From the NCBI GenBank assembly GCA_022601345.1, contig JAJACU010000039.1:25741-89740 (forward strand): DNA of 64,000 bases, written 5' to 3'. The translations under genes and the position numbers were made by a program. Positions within the stretch are counted from its first letter, which is position 1, and every line of letters starts with the position of its first letter. Source of the stretch: Chlamydiota bacterium (GTDB lineage Bacteria > Chlamydiota > Chlamydiia > Chlamydiales > JAAZZY01). Below are positions 20,276 to 29,675 of the stretch, in pieces. The notes below the pieces were generated by a model, which ran no database searches, was not told the DNA's origin, and saw nothing but the letters and a program-made list of their open reading frames with translations.

Positions 20276-20926
20276 TTAAACTTTCTCTTTAATTGTGATA
20301 GAAAATAAGCGGCTCATTAGGCTTGAATCACCTAATATTTTAGATAAGCACTTTTCACGGATACTTTTTTCACAATCAACTCGTCTGTTGACATCAGCCA
20401 TAACATCCTCAACAGAAAGCTTTATCTTACCACAATGAGTAACATCAGTAGTTGTCCCACAGTAGTCTTTTACCAGCATGGCGGCCCGAGTAGGTGATTT
20501 TGTAATATATTCAAATGCCTCAACTGGAAAATCTTTAGAGAACAGTTTTTCTAAGCTCTTTGCTCCATGTTGCTTATCAGGAAAGTCCCTTCCTTTACCA
20601 TTGACGTTATAAAAAAAGAGGTTAGCAAGATTTACAACTCCACAGTCATGTTTGTACGTATATGCAGACCCTCCTGTATCTGTATAAGCAACACAAGTAG
20701 TCGCAGGAAATACATTACTTGAAAGACTTAATTTGCCATCTCCCAAAACTATCCCAACAGAGAGTGCTGAAACTGCAGCTGTAAGGCCTAGTCGCAAAGT
20801 TCCTTCTGCAAATTGAGTTCCTGCTTGTTTATATTCTTTGCTTCCAACGCTTTTCACTGAACTACCTAAGTAGCCAAGCCCTGTAAAATTTGATAAATTA
20901 TTCAATGTTCCTAATACAGCTGGCAT
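20276..20926 (-). CDS. hypothetical Cys-rich protein (orphan)
   Basis: The track ORF extends to 21007. I prefer ATG 20926 (MPAVLGTLNN...), which is preceded by AAAGGAGG (complement of 20931..20938). One hydrophobic segment and 8 Cys. No family recognised. Confidence 0.55.
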   Translation of the reverse strand: MPAVLGTLNNLSNFTGLGYLGSSVKSVGSKEYKQAGTQFAEGTLRLGLTAAVSALSVGIVLGDGKLSLSSNVFPATTCVAYTDTGGSAYTYKHDCGVVNLANLFFYNVNGKGRDFPDKQHGAKSLEKLFSKDFPVEAFEYITKSPTRAAMLVKDYCGTTTDVTHCGKIKLSVEDVMADVNRRVDCEKSIREKCLSKILGDSSLMSRLFSITIKEKV

Positions 20927-21051
20927 GTTGCCTCCTTTTAGCTTTTTTGGATGAATGATAACCGATATTATACAATAATAAGTGTTAAGATTCAGTAAAA
21001 ACAACATGTTCTTTAGAAAAAAATAGTCTAAATAGTGTTATAAAAAATATT

Positions 21052-22065
21052 TTAAACACTGACAAGCTGCTTGTTTACAGGCAATATGGAGCCCATAATT
21101 TTGGAAAAATCTTCTAAAGAAATTGTTTGAGCGGCATCTGAGAGAGCTTTGTCGGGCTCAGGGTGGACTTCTATCATTAACCCATCAGCTCCAGCAGCTA
21201 TGGCAGCCTTAGACATGGGAGCTACAAGAGATCGAATCCCCGTTCCATGGCTAGGGTCAGCAATGACAGGCAGATGGCTTAAGCTTTTCAAAATAGGAAT
21301 TGCAGCGATATCTAAAGTATTTCTAGTATAGGGTTCAAAAGTGCGTATACCTCTTTCACATAAGATAACCCGCTCATTTCCACCGCTGAGAATGTATTCA
21401 GCCGACATTAGAAATTCTTGGTACGTGGCAGAAAGCCCCCTTTTAAGCAGTATAGGCTTTGAAGTCTTACCTAGTTTTTTAAGTAGACTAAAGTTTTGCA
21501 TATTGCGCGCACCAACCTGCAAAATATCAACATACTCTTCAATTAAAGGTAAATCTTCAGCATCCATAATTTCAGATACAGTTAGAAGCTTGTATTGAGC
21601 CGCTGCCTTTTGCATGAGTTTGAGCCCTTCTTTACCCAACCCTTGAAATGAATAGGGTGACGATCGAGGTTTAAAAGCTCCTCCGCGCAAAATTTTGGCT
21701 CCAGCTGAAGACACCGCCTCTGCAATGTTAAAAATTTGTTCTTCCCCCTCTATTGAACAAGGGCCGGCCATAACACTAAAATGTCCTTGCCCAAAAGTGA
21801 CATCTTCAATTTGAAAAGTTTTTGATTTTTCGCGCAGTTCTTTACCTGCGAGTTTAAACGATTGTTTAAAAGAGCTAACGTTCTCTACATAGGGCAAATT
21901 TTTAAATTGGTTTATATCGACTTTAGAATCAGAGCCACTAATAATAGCAATATCAGTCCTCTCATCAGTTTTATGAATGCTATAGTTAAATCCCATCCAT
22001 TCTAATTTGTCTGCAAGTGCACCGAGCTGTTTAGGATCAATATCTTTTGCAAGTTCTAAAATCAT
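21052..22065 (-). CDS. aroG: 3-deoxy-7-phosphoheptulonate (DAHP) synthase, type I-beta, with an N-terminal regulatory domain
   Basis: KDSA/DAHPS I-beta core (MAGPCSIE, GAFKPRSSPYSFQGLG, KRG, DPSHG) preceded by a domain of about 75 aa, as in Thermotoga-type DAHPS. Confidence 0.85.
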   Translation of the reverse strand: MILELAKDIDPKQLGALADKLEWMGFNYSIHKTDERTDIAIISGSDSKVDINQFKNLPYVENVSSFKQSFKLAGKELREKSKTFQIEDVTFGQGHFSVMAGPCSIEGEEQIFNIAEAVSSAGAKILRGGAFKPRSSPYSFQGLGKEGLKLMQKAAAQYKLLTVSEIMDAEDLPLIEEYVDILQVGARNMQNFSLLKKLGKTSKPILLKRGLSATYQEFLMSAEYILSGGNERVILCERGIRTFEPYTRNTLDIAAIPILKSLSHLPVIADPSHGTGIRSLVAPMSKAAIAAGADGLMIEVHPEPDKALSDAAQTISLEDFSKIMGSILPVNKQLVSV

Positions 22066-22170
22066 AGTTTTCCTTTTTAAAGTTTTATGCTGCTTACTTT
22101 ATTTCAATTTGATCATGCAAAAAAAAGCAGATGGTTCAAAGTAAACACTCCCTCATATTTTGGAAAGCAC

Positions 22171-22776
22171 TTATTCGTGTGATTGAGCAATAAATTCTCT
22201 TATCTTTGTAGCATCCTTCTTAACATTGCTCGAGTTGCACACACCCGATGCAACATCTACACCATTGGGTTTTATTATTTTAATGGCTTCTTGTACGTTA
22301 CTAGGAGTGAGCCCCCCTGCAAGCAAAAAAGCTCCTTGTTCTATGCGTTTAAACTGGTTCCAGTCAAAAGATTGACCCGAGCCAAATGTTGCACAATCAT
22401 AAATTAAAAAATCTCTTTTATCTAAAGTATAGGTAAGAGGCTCATAACTTCCATCGAAGTTAACCTCTACAACTAAAAGCTTTCTAAATTTTTCTAAAGG
22501 CTCTAGCTCCTTTTTAGATGCAGGGGCAACAACTTGCACCCATTCAAGCTCTAAGTCTTTAGCTTTTTTTGCAACTTGCATCAAATCATCCTCCAAAAAA
22601 ACACCTACGACGTGAATAGGATGATTTTGAAGCTCTTGAATTAAACTGATTGCTCTTTCATCGTCAAGATACCTTTTAGTGTCCCTATGAAAAATAATGC
22701 CTATAAAATCTGCGCCCGCTCCCACAGCTGCTTTAGCATCTTCTAAATTGGTAATCCCACAAATTTTAACCAACAT
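22171..22776 (-). CDS. trpF: phosphoribosylanthranilate isomerase
   Basis: MLVKICGITNLEDAKAAVGAGADFIGIIF..., LAGGLTPSNV, GVDVASGV. Confidence 0.88.
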   Translation of the reverse strand: MLVKICGITNLEDAKAAVGAGADFIGIIFHRDTKRYLDDERAISLIQELQNHPIHVVGVFLEDDLMQVAKKAKDLELEWVQVVAPASKKELEPLEKFRKLLVVEVNFDGSYEPLTYTLDKRDFLIYDCATFGSGQSFDWNQFKRIEQGAFLLAGGLTPSNVQEAIKIIKPNGVDVASGVCNSSNVKKDATKIREFIAQSHE

Positions 22777-23580
22777 CTATATGTTCCCTATTTCTGAAAT
22801 AATCCCTCTAGGATCTTTAGCATTGACTAGCATTTCTCCAATCAAGACACCATCATAGCCACATTCGTGCATGGCTCGAGCATGCTCAACATTCAAGATG
22901 CCTGACTCTGCAATTTTAATAATACCTTTTGGAATTTTTGGCGCTAAATTTTTAGCGATATCTAAATTTACTTCTCGAGTTTTTAAATCCCTGCTACAAA
23001 CTCCAATAATTGAAGCTTTTTCCTCAAGAGCTCTGTTGAGTTCTTCCTCATTATGAACTTCAACAAGTGCATCGACTCCAATATATTCAGCAATATCTAG
23101 AAACTCTCTAAGACGATCTTTCACCACTGCAACAATCAACAAGACTGCTGATGCTCCTGCTTTTTTGCTTTGGGCTATTTGATAAGGATCAATAATAAAA
23201 TCTTTACTCAAAATTGGGCATGGGTGAAGAGTTGTAAACCCCTGTGATATATGCATAAGATCGTGCATGCTGCCACCAAAATAATCTTCATCCGTTAAAA
23301 CAGAAATGGCTGCTGCGCCAGCTTTACTGTACAGGTGTGAGAGCTTCACTAGATGATCTATTGATGAAGCCTTTCTTTTTAAAAGGTCTTCTCGTTTAAT
23401 CTCTGCAATTACTGATAAGCCTGCAACTTTAAGAGCATCCCGAAAGTGGTGTCTATTAGGCTTACGGCGGCTTAAAATTTTTTCTAAAGGTTTTGCCTCA
23501 TCCATTTTTTCAATTTCGATGAGGATATCAACTTTTTTTTGCTTATTGGCAACGATCTCATTTAGCTCATTATTCATCAT
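22777..23580 (-). CDS. trpC: indole-3-glycerol-phosphate synthase
   Basis: VIAEIKR, ISVLTDEDYFGG, ILSKDFIIDPYQI, LVEVH, ESGI. The stop abuts the trpF start. Confidence 0.88.
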   Translation of the reverse strand: MMNNELNEIVANKQKKVDILIEIEKMDEAKPLEKILSRRKPNRHHFRDALKVAGLSVIAEIKREDLLKRKASSIDHLVKLSHLYSKAGAAAISVLTDEDYFGGSMHDLMHISQGFTTLHPCPILSKDFIIDPYQIAQSKKAGASAVLLIVAVVKDRLREFLDIAEYIGVDALVEVHNEEELNRALEEKASIIGVCSRDLKTREVNLDIAKNLAPKIPKGIIKIAESGILNVEHARAMHECGYDGVLIGEMLVNAKDPRGIISEIGNI

Positions 23581-23681
23581 ATGTCCTCGAGGTGTTTTAC
23601 CTTTTTAGTATAGTTTACCAAGCTCTACTACTTTCGTGCATTTTTTTGTTTATATTTTTTATAGATTTGCTTAAGCAATTC

Positions 23682-24257
23682 TCAAATAATATGTGCAAAC
23701 TTCAAAAAATTCGAAATAAGTTCTTCACCTTGTTCTGAAAGTATTGACTCGGGATGAAATTGCACACCCCACATTGGGTAATGGAGATGTCTTAAAGCCA
23801 TAATTAGATCGTCTTTAGAAAGTGCCTCTACAATTAATTCTTTAGGTAATTTTTTTGAGTCTACTACGAGTGAATGATAGCGAGCTGCATTGAAAGGCAG
23901 TTTTATTTTTTCAAAAATTCCTTGCCTCCTATGAAAGATCAAAGCCGATTTTCCATGCACACATTTTGTAGCTCTGATAACTGTTCCGCCATAAGCATAA
24001 GCCATTGCTTGCATGCCTAAGCAAACCCCCAAGATAGGAGTTGTTGGACCAAGTTTTTTTATAAGATCTACACAGATTCCAGCATTTTCTGGTGTCCCAG
24101 GCCCAGGAGAGATTACAATAGCCTTGGGGTTCATTTTTGCAATTTGATCAACACTTTCATGATCATTTCTAATGACTTTAATGTTTGAATAAATTCTAGC
24201 TAACAGCTGATAAAGGTTATAGGTAAAGCTGTCGTAGTTATCAATTAAGACAATCAT
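23682..24257 (-). CDS. trpG: anthranilate synthase component II (glutamine amidotransferase; could also serve as PabA)
   Basis: MIVLIDNYDSFTYNLYQ, ISPGPG, GVCLGMQ, FHPES. 191 aa, so it is not fused to TrpD. Confidence 0.88.
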   Translation of the reverse strand: MIVLIDNYDSFTYNLYQLLARIYSNIKVIRNDHESVDQIAKMNPKAIVISPGPGTPENAGICVDLIKKLGPTTPILGVCLGMQAMAYAYGGTVIRATKCVHGKSALIFHRRQGIFEKIKLPFNAARYHSLVVDSKKLPKELIVEALSKDDLIMALRHLHYPMWGVQFHPESILSEQGEELISNFLKFAHII

Positions 24258-25729
24258 AAATCCCCTCGATCAGCTTTGTTAATAGCCTCAAGTATAGTTT
24301 TTGCTTTTATGGCAGTTTCCAAAACCTTTTCCTCAGGTTTTGAATCACAGACAATTCCAGCGCCCACTCGCACACTTGCCATACCATCTTTAATGAGTGC
24401 CATACCAACAGCAATGCAGCTGTCTAAATTCCCAAGGTTATCCATGTAACAAATATTCCCACCGTAAATTCCTCTACGAGAACTTTCTATTTCATCAATA
24501 ATTTCCATAGCCCTAATTTTGTGGGCACCGGCAAAAGCGGCAGAAGGCATAAAAGCTTTCATTACATCCAGTGCATCGCATTCAGGTTTAATGCGCCCCG
24601 TTACTCGAGAGGTTATATACATTACAAGTGAGAGCCTTTGAATTGACTTAAAGTCTTTTACATTGACACTTTCAAGCGCACAAATTGAGGCCATATCATT
24701 TCTTGCGAGATCAAGAAGCATCACATGCTTAGCAATTTCTTTTTCATTCGATAAAAGCTGTTTCTCAAAAAAATGGTCCTCTTGACCCACACCTCTGGGA
24801 ACAATACCTGTAATTGGCAGGGCCTCGACTTTTCCATTTTTCAATGATGCAAAATGCTCTTGAGAAGAGCCTGTTATCACGTAATCTTCATTATCCAAAT
24901 AAAACATGAAAGGTGAAGGATTCTTTCTCCTAAGTACACGAAAGACATCCAGTGGATCTGACTTAAACTCTCTATAGAATGTGCGCGAAGCAGCTAATTG
25001 AAAAATGTCTCCTGAAAAAATATACTCTTGGCTTTTTTTAACCATTTTTTGGTAGCTCTCATCATCACAGTCAGTGTTAAAGTCTGCATTTAATGACGGC
25101 TTGCTTTCCAAATCAATTAATGTTTGCTCAGAATATGAAAATATATCGTTTAATAATTCTTTTAAATGTGACACCCCTTTTTGATATTGATTTTCTTCAC
25201 AACCTTTTCTATCAGGAATATTAATCAAAGTCATTCGCTCGAAGAGATGATCAAAGACAATGATTGTTTCGTAAAACCCAAAGTATATATCTGGCAGCTG
25301 ATCTGGGTCTTCATGTCTAGAAGGAATTTTTTCATATAACCTCACAGCATCATACCCCATAAAACCTACAGCCCCTCCTGCAAGTGGAGGTAAATCAAAA
25401 TTTTGGATGATCCTGTTTTGTTGCATGATTTTTCGTATCACCGATTTAAAATCTGAATCTACAAGTTGCTTTTTATGCTTGTGTATAAGATGAGTTTTAT
25501 CCCCTTTTACTTCGACGCTTATTTTAGGGTTAAATCCAACAAATGAATAGCGTCCAATATCTTGAACGCATTCTCCAGATTCCAATATAAAGCCTTTTTT
25601 ATACTTATGTCTCAGGGCATAAAAAACTCGGATAGGACTTACGAGATCTGATGACAATTCTATATAAACCGGTACCTTCAAAGGTTGATCGCATAGACTT
25701 TTGTACTCATCCAAAGACAATACCTTCAT
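24254..25729 (-). CDS. trpE: anthranilate synthase component I
   Basis: ILESGE...IGRYSF, then the chorismate-binding core (LFPSAAF-like PSAAFAGAHK, RGIYGG, IVCDS). The track start is 25741. ATG 25729 forms an ATGA overlap with the aroC stop. ATGA-type overlap with trpG at 24254..24257. Confidence 0.86.
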   Translation of the reverse strand: MKVLSLDEYKSLCDQPLKVPVYIELSSDLVSPIRVFYALRHKYKKGFILESGECVQDIGRYSFVGFNPKISVEVKGDKTHLIHKHKKQLVDSDFKSVIRKIMQQNRIIQNFDLPPLAGGAVGFMGYDAVRLYEKIPSRHEDPDQLPDIYFGFYETIIVFDHLFERMTLINIPDRKGCEENQYQKGVSHLKELLNDIFSYSEQTLIDLESKPSLNADFNTDCDDESYQKMVKKSQEYIFSGDIFQLAASRTFYREFKSDPLDVFRVLRRKNPSPFMFYLDNEDYVITGSSQEHFASLKNGKVEALPITGIVPRGVGQEDHFFEKQLLSNEKEIAKHVMLLDLARNDMASICALESVNVKDFKSIQRLSLVMYITSRVTGRIKPECDALDVMKAFMPSAAFAGAHKIRAMEIIDEIESSRRGIYGGNICYMDNLGNLDSCIAVGMALIKDGMASVRVGAGIVCDSKPEEKVLETAIKAKTILEAINKADRGDL

Positions 25730-26817
25730 AATTGAGCACACCTATTCATCAATAGAGCATCGGCTAAAACAAGAGCAGTCATTGCTTCTACAATAGGAAC
25801 GGCCCGAATAGCAACACATGGGTCATGGCGAGATCCTTTGGGCAAAGAAAAGCTTTTACTCTCTCCTTTTAAATTGACAGTCTTTTGAGGTTTCATGATG
25901 CTCGATGTCGGTTTGAAAGCAACCCTAAAGATAAGCGGCATCCCGGTCGATATTCCACCAAGAGTGCCTCCTGCATGGTTGGTTGCTGATTTAATTTTTC
26001 TACCTCTCATAATAAAAGCATCGTTGTGCTCAGAGCCTTTCATCCTAGCTGCATTGAAGCCCTCTCCAAACTCTATTCCACGAGTTGCTGGAAGAGTCAT
26101 CATCGCTTTAGCAAGGTTTGCTTCTAGCTTTTCATATATTGGGTCTCCTAAACCCACTGGCAATGAATCTACTTTAGTCTCAATAATAGCACCAAGAGAG
26201 TCCCCATCTTTTTTGGCTTTCAAGATTTGGCCCATCATAAGTTTTGATTGTTTAAAGTCTGGGCAATATATTGGGCTTGTGCTTATTTTTTTTTGGAGAG
26301 TTTTAAAAGTTGCGTTGGGCGTTTGTGCATCTATGTTTCCGATAGAATGGATGTAGGCCAGTGGATTAATTTTGTGATGCTTTAGAAACTTTTTTGCAAC
26401 AGCACCTGCTGCGACTCTAGCAGCTGTTTCTCTTGCAGAGGCTCTTCCGCCCCCTCTATAATCAAAAATGCCATATTTTTTTATGTAGCTAAAGTTAGCA
26501 TGGCCTGGGCGAAGCAAGTTTTTAATAGGCTCATATTTGCTAGAGTCTGCATCTTTATTAAAGATTACAATAGCAATTGGCGCTCCTGTTGTCTTCCCTT
26601 GAAAAATTCCAGAGAGGATTTGCGCTTTGTCTTTTTCTTTTCTCGGTGAAGTAAAAGGAGTTTTACCAGGAGCTCTTTTATCCAGTTCCTTTTGAATGTC
26701 TTCTACCTCAAGAGGAAGAAGCGCTGGACATCCATCAATGACAACTCCGATGGCAGCCCCATGAGACTCTCCAAACGTTGTTATTCTAAAGATATTACCA
26801 AAGCTATTTTGCGCCAT
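25726..26817 (-). CDS. aroC: chorismate synthase
   Basis: FGNIFRITTFGESHG, RPGHANFSY, GGGRASARETA, GGISTG, RHDPC. Confidence 0.92.
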   Translation of the reverse strand: MAQNSFGNIFRITTFGESHGAAIGVVIDGCPALLPLEVEDIQKELDKRAPGKTPFTSPRKEKDKAQILSGIFQGKTTGAPIAIVIFNKDADSSKYEPIKNLLRPGHANFSYIKKYGIFDYRGGGRASARETAARVAAGAVAKKFLKHHKINPLAYIHSIGNIDAQTPNATFKTLQKKISTSPIYCPDFKQSKLMMGQILKAKKDGDSLGAIIETKVDSLPVGLGDPIYEKLEANLAKAMMTLPATRGIEFGEGFNAARMKGSEHNDAFIMRGRKIKSATNHAGGTLGGISTGMPLIFRVAFKPTSSIMKPQKTVNLKGESKSFSLPKGSRHDPCVAIRAVPIVEAMTALVLADALLMNRCAQL

Positions 26818-27229
26818 AAAAGAGGGCCGAGGTTATAAAAATTAATTTTTTATAACGTAATTGCGAATTTTGTGTAAGAGAGAATAAATTAAGACTCACT
26901 AACCTAGATATAATCTTTTTATTCCATGAAAACCAATTTGAAGAAGTAACCTAGGCTCTTTTACTAAGTTTTGCAATATAAACCTCAACCATAAAACCCA
27001 ATTAGGTTCCTTGCATAGGAAGCTTCTAAAAGCACCCTCAATTTGCAAGATGCCTCTTCATTCTTGTTTTACAATACATGCCCAGTTTTCGAGATATTCA
27101 TTTTAATTTAAGATCAACTATCTAAATACAAGAGGCTTAAAAAAAATTGCAACTTTTATAGTATTTTATCAGCGATCTTTGTAGAAGGAGCTTTAGAGAC
27201 GTTATTTTAATAGGATAAGGAGTAAATCA

Positions 27230-28459
27230 ATGGAGACCACGCAATCTGGTGATCTTTTTGACAAATGCCATAACCAAGAAGGCATGTTTTTAGATGTTCG
27301 ATCTGACAATAATTACTATGTACAACCTATATTAGAAGGGCCACTTGGTACACGCATGCTCTTCAACAATAAGCCTATGATTGTTTGGTCTATTAATGAC
27401 TATTTAGGACTATCAGAACACCCTAAGCCAAGAAAGGTTGCTCATGAAATACTCGAAAAGTATGGAACCTCTTATCCAATGGGAGCAAGGTTGATGAGTG
27501 GACTTACAAAGTACCATGAAAACTTTGAAGCAAAACTTGCTGATTTTTGCAATAAAGAGTCTTCTATTCTATTTAATTATGGATACTTAGGAGTTATGGG
27601 TACAATAACGAGCTTAGTGGGTAAAAATGACACGGTTATCATTGACCATGACGCCCATGCCTGCATTGTTGATGGTGCGAAACTAGCAGCAAACAAGCGC
27701 AGCCAATTTAGAGTCTTCAAGCACAACAATATGGAACACCTTGAGCAAATATTGAAATCTACTCGTGCACGCTCAAACGGAGGAATTCTAATTGTTACTG
27801 ATGGTGTCTATGGGATGAGCGGAGAACTCGCTCCCCTTCCTGAAATATGCGCTTTAAAAGAGAAATACAACGCCAGATTACTGGTCGACGATGCCCACGG
27901 AATAGGCATAATGGGTAAAACGGGCCGAGGAGTGGGTGAACACTTTGGGCTTCAAGATAAAGTAGACTTATATTTTTCTACATTTGCAAAATGTTTTGCA
28001 GGAATTGGTGGCTTTGTTGCAGGAGACTCTGCAGTTATTGAGCACATTAAATGGAATGCACGCCCAGTCATCTTTGCAAAAAATTTACCCTTAATATATA
28101 CAGAAACAATGTCAACAACTCTCGACGTTATGCTCCAAGAGCCTGAACGCAGGGATAAGCTTTGGACAATTGCAAAACAATTACAAAAACGCCTTGTAGA
28201 AGAAGGTTTTGATATTGGCAGCACGGGATCACCGATCACACCTGTCCATATGCTTACTGGAGACCTAGATAAAACGAAAGAGTTTATCAAAACGATGAGA
28301 GAAGATCACAACATCTTCTGCTCCGGGGTAATGTACCCTGTAGTGCCTCCAGGGGTTTTACTACTTAGGCTTGTTCCAACATGCAAGCACACTATGGAAG
28401 AAGTAGAACAAACTGTTGAGGCTCTAATTGCAACAAGAAAGAAGGTATTAAAACTATAA
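27230..28459 (+). CDS. alpha-oxoamine synthase family PLP enzyme, serine-palmitoyltransferase-like
   Basis: AAGGAG sits 7 nt upstream. NDYLGL, DHDAHACIVDG, GVYGMSGELAPLPEI, LVDDAHGIG, and the PLP-Lys motif STFAKCFAGIGGFVAG. By eye it is closer to SPT (GVYSMxGDxAPL, GTFSKSxGxxGGFV) than to Kbl or BioF, but the subfamily is not provable without a search. Confidence 0.8.
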   Translation: METTQSGDLFDKCHNQEGMFLDVRSDNNYYVQPILEGPLGTRMLFNNKPMIVWSINDYLGLSEHPKPRKVAHEILEKYGTSYPMGARLMSGLTKYHENFEAKLADFCNKESSILFNYGYLGVMGTITSLVGKNDTVIIDHDAHACIVDGAKLAANKRSQFRVFKHNNMEHLEQILKSTRARSNGGILIVTDGVYGMSGELAPLPEICALKEKYNARLLVDDAHGIGIMGKTGRGVGEHFGLQDKVDLYFSTFAKCFAGIGGFVAGDSAVIEHIKWNARPVIFAKNLPLIYTETMSTTLDVMLQEPERRDKLWTIAKQLQKRLVEEGFDIGSTGSPITPVHMLTGDLDKTKEFIKTMREDHNIFCSGVMYPVVPPGVLLLRLVPTCKHTMEEVEQTVEALIATRKKVLKL

Positions 28460-28469
28460 AAGGAGCCCC

Positions 28470-29675
28470 ATGGTATATTCAGCTATTGATCATTTAAAGT
28501 GCAGTAAATGTGAAAAAAAATACTCTGCAAATAACCTGATTAATATCTGTGACTGCGGCTCTCCATTATTCGTTTGTTACAATTTAGATCTTGTTAAAGA
28601 ATCAACAAGTCCACAAGAAATCTCTAAAAGAGATGTCAATATGTGGCGCTACCATGAGCTTTTACCTGTAAAAGATCCAAAAAATGTTGTCTCAATTGGA
28701 GAAGGGTTTTCTCCATTACTATCCTTAGATAACCTTAAGAAGGATCTAGGGCTGAACAATCTTCATATGAAATATGAAGGCTCAAATGTCGGTGGGACAT
28801 TTAAGGCTAGAGGAGCTTCTTGTGGTCTATCTAAAGCAAAAGAGCTTGGCGCTGAAAAAATAGCCATTGCAACAAACGGAAATGCTGGCGAAGCCTGGGC
28901 TATGTATGCAGCAAGAGGCTCTATTCCTATTTCAGTAATCATGCCTATTGATGCTCAAGATACAACCAAGATGATCTGTAAAGCTGTTGGCGCTGAAACA
29001 TTCCTCATTAATGGAATGATTTCAGATGGTGGTAAATACATTGATACATACAAAATTGAGAATAGATGGTTTGACGTTTCTACCTTAAAAGAGCCCTACC
29101 GATTAGAAGGTAAAAAGACAATTACCTTTGAAGTTATTGAGCAACTAGGCTGGACTTTCCCTGATGTTATGATCTTCCCAACTGGGGGAGGAATCTCTAT
29201 TGCTGCAGCATACAAAGCTTGTTGCGAATTAAAAGAGCTCGGCTGGGTGTCAGGACAATTACCGCGTCTAATTGCTGTCCAAGCTGAGGGCTGCGCTCCA
29301 CTTGAAAAAGCCTTTTTAGCCAAACAAATGACTACTGATTTTTTTGAAGGAGCTCACACTAAAGCAAATGGTCTAAGGGTTCCAAAACCATTTTGTGACT
29401 ATATGGTTTTAGACGCTATATACAAAACAAAGGGTTGCGCAATCTCGGTTCCTGATGAAGAAATGGTAGAAAGCATTTCGCGCATTGGAGGAAAAGAAGG
29501 TTTATTTTTATGCCCTGAAGCTGGCGCTTGCGTCTCAGGAATAGAAAAGCTAAAAAATAACAACTTGATTAGCGCAGATGACAATATTGTTATTTTGGGA
29601 AGCGGAAGCGGACTTAAGTATAAAGACATCATTAAAACGAATGATTTGGAAGTGCTTGATGCAGTTAGCAAATAA
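28470..29675 (+). CDS. threonine-synthase-like fold-type II PLP enzyme (function uncertain; candidate amino-acid head-group synthase)
   Basis: AGGAG sits 4 nt upstream, and the ORF starts 10 nt after the previous stop. N-terminal Cys ribbon (CSKC...CDC), WRYHELLP, a PLP-Lys motif GGTFKARGA (Lys codon 28803..28805), and ATNGNAG. The Lys is followed by Ala, where the ThrC enzymes I remember have Asp (SFKD). Confidence 0.75.
   Translation: MVYSAIDHLKCSKCEKKYSANNLINICDCGSPLFVCYNLDLVKESTSPQEISKRDVNMWRYHELLPVKDPKNVVSIGEGFSPLLSLDNLKKDLGLNNLHMKYEGSNVGGTFKARGASCGLSKAKELGAEKIAIATNGNAGEAWAMYAARGSIPISVIMPIDAQDTTKMICKAVGAETFLINGMISDGGKYIDTYKIENRWFDVSTLKEPYRLEGKKTITFEVIEQLGWTFPDVMIFPTGGGISIAAAYKACCELKELGWVSGQLPRLIAVQAEGCAPLEKAFLAKQMTTDFFEGAHTKANGLRVPKPFCDYMVLDAIYKTKGCAISVPDEEMVESISRIGGKEGLFLCPEAGACVSGIEKLKNNNLISADDNIVILGSGSGLKYKDIIKTNDLEVLDAVSK

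Noticed and set aside
23667-23678. 12-bp palindrome TTGCTTAAGCAA, immediately 3' of trpG
   Set aside because: It can form only a 4-bp stem and has no U-tract, so it is not a credible terminator.
26832-26856. Perfect 10-bp inverted repeat GTTATAAAAA-TTAAT-TTTTTATAAC, 15 nt upstream of the aroC start, within the 412-bp aroC/AOS divergent spacer
   Set aside because: It could be an operator or a 5'-UTR hairpin. It is pure A/T apart from two positions, and in a 64-kb AT-rich window a few such repeats are expected by chance. There is no second copy or known motif to support a regulatory call.
26818-27229. Search for a trp leader/attenuator, T-box or riboswitch upstream of aroC-trpEG or of the AOS operon
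   Set aside because: I found no small ORF with tandem Trp codons (no CCACCA on this strand), no terminator/antiterminator pair, and no conserved riboswitch core that I can recognise. It remains an unusually long spacer, but I can support no feature in it.
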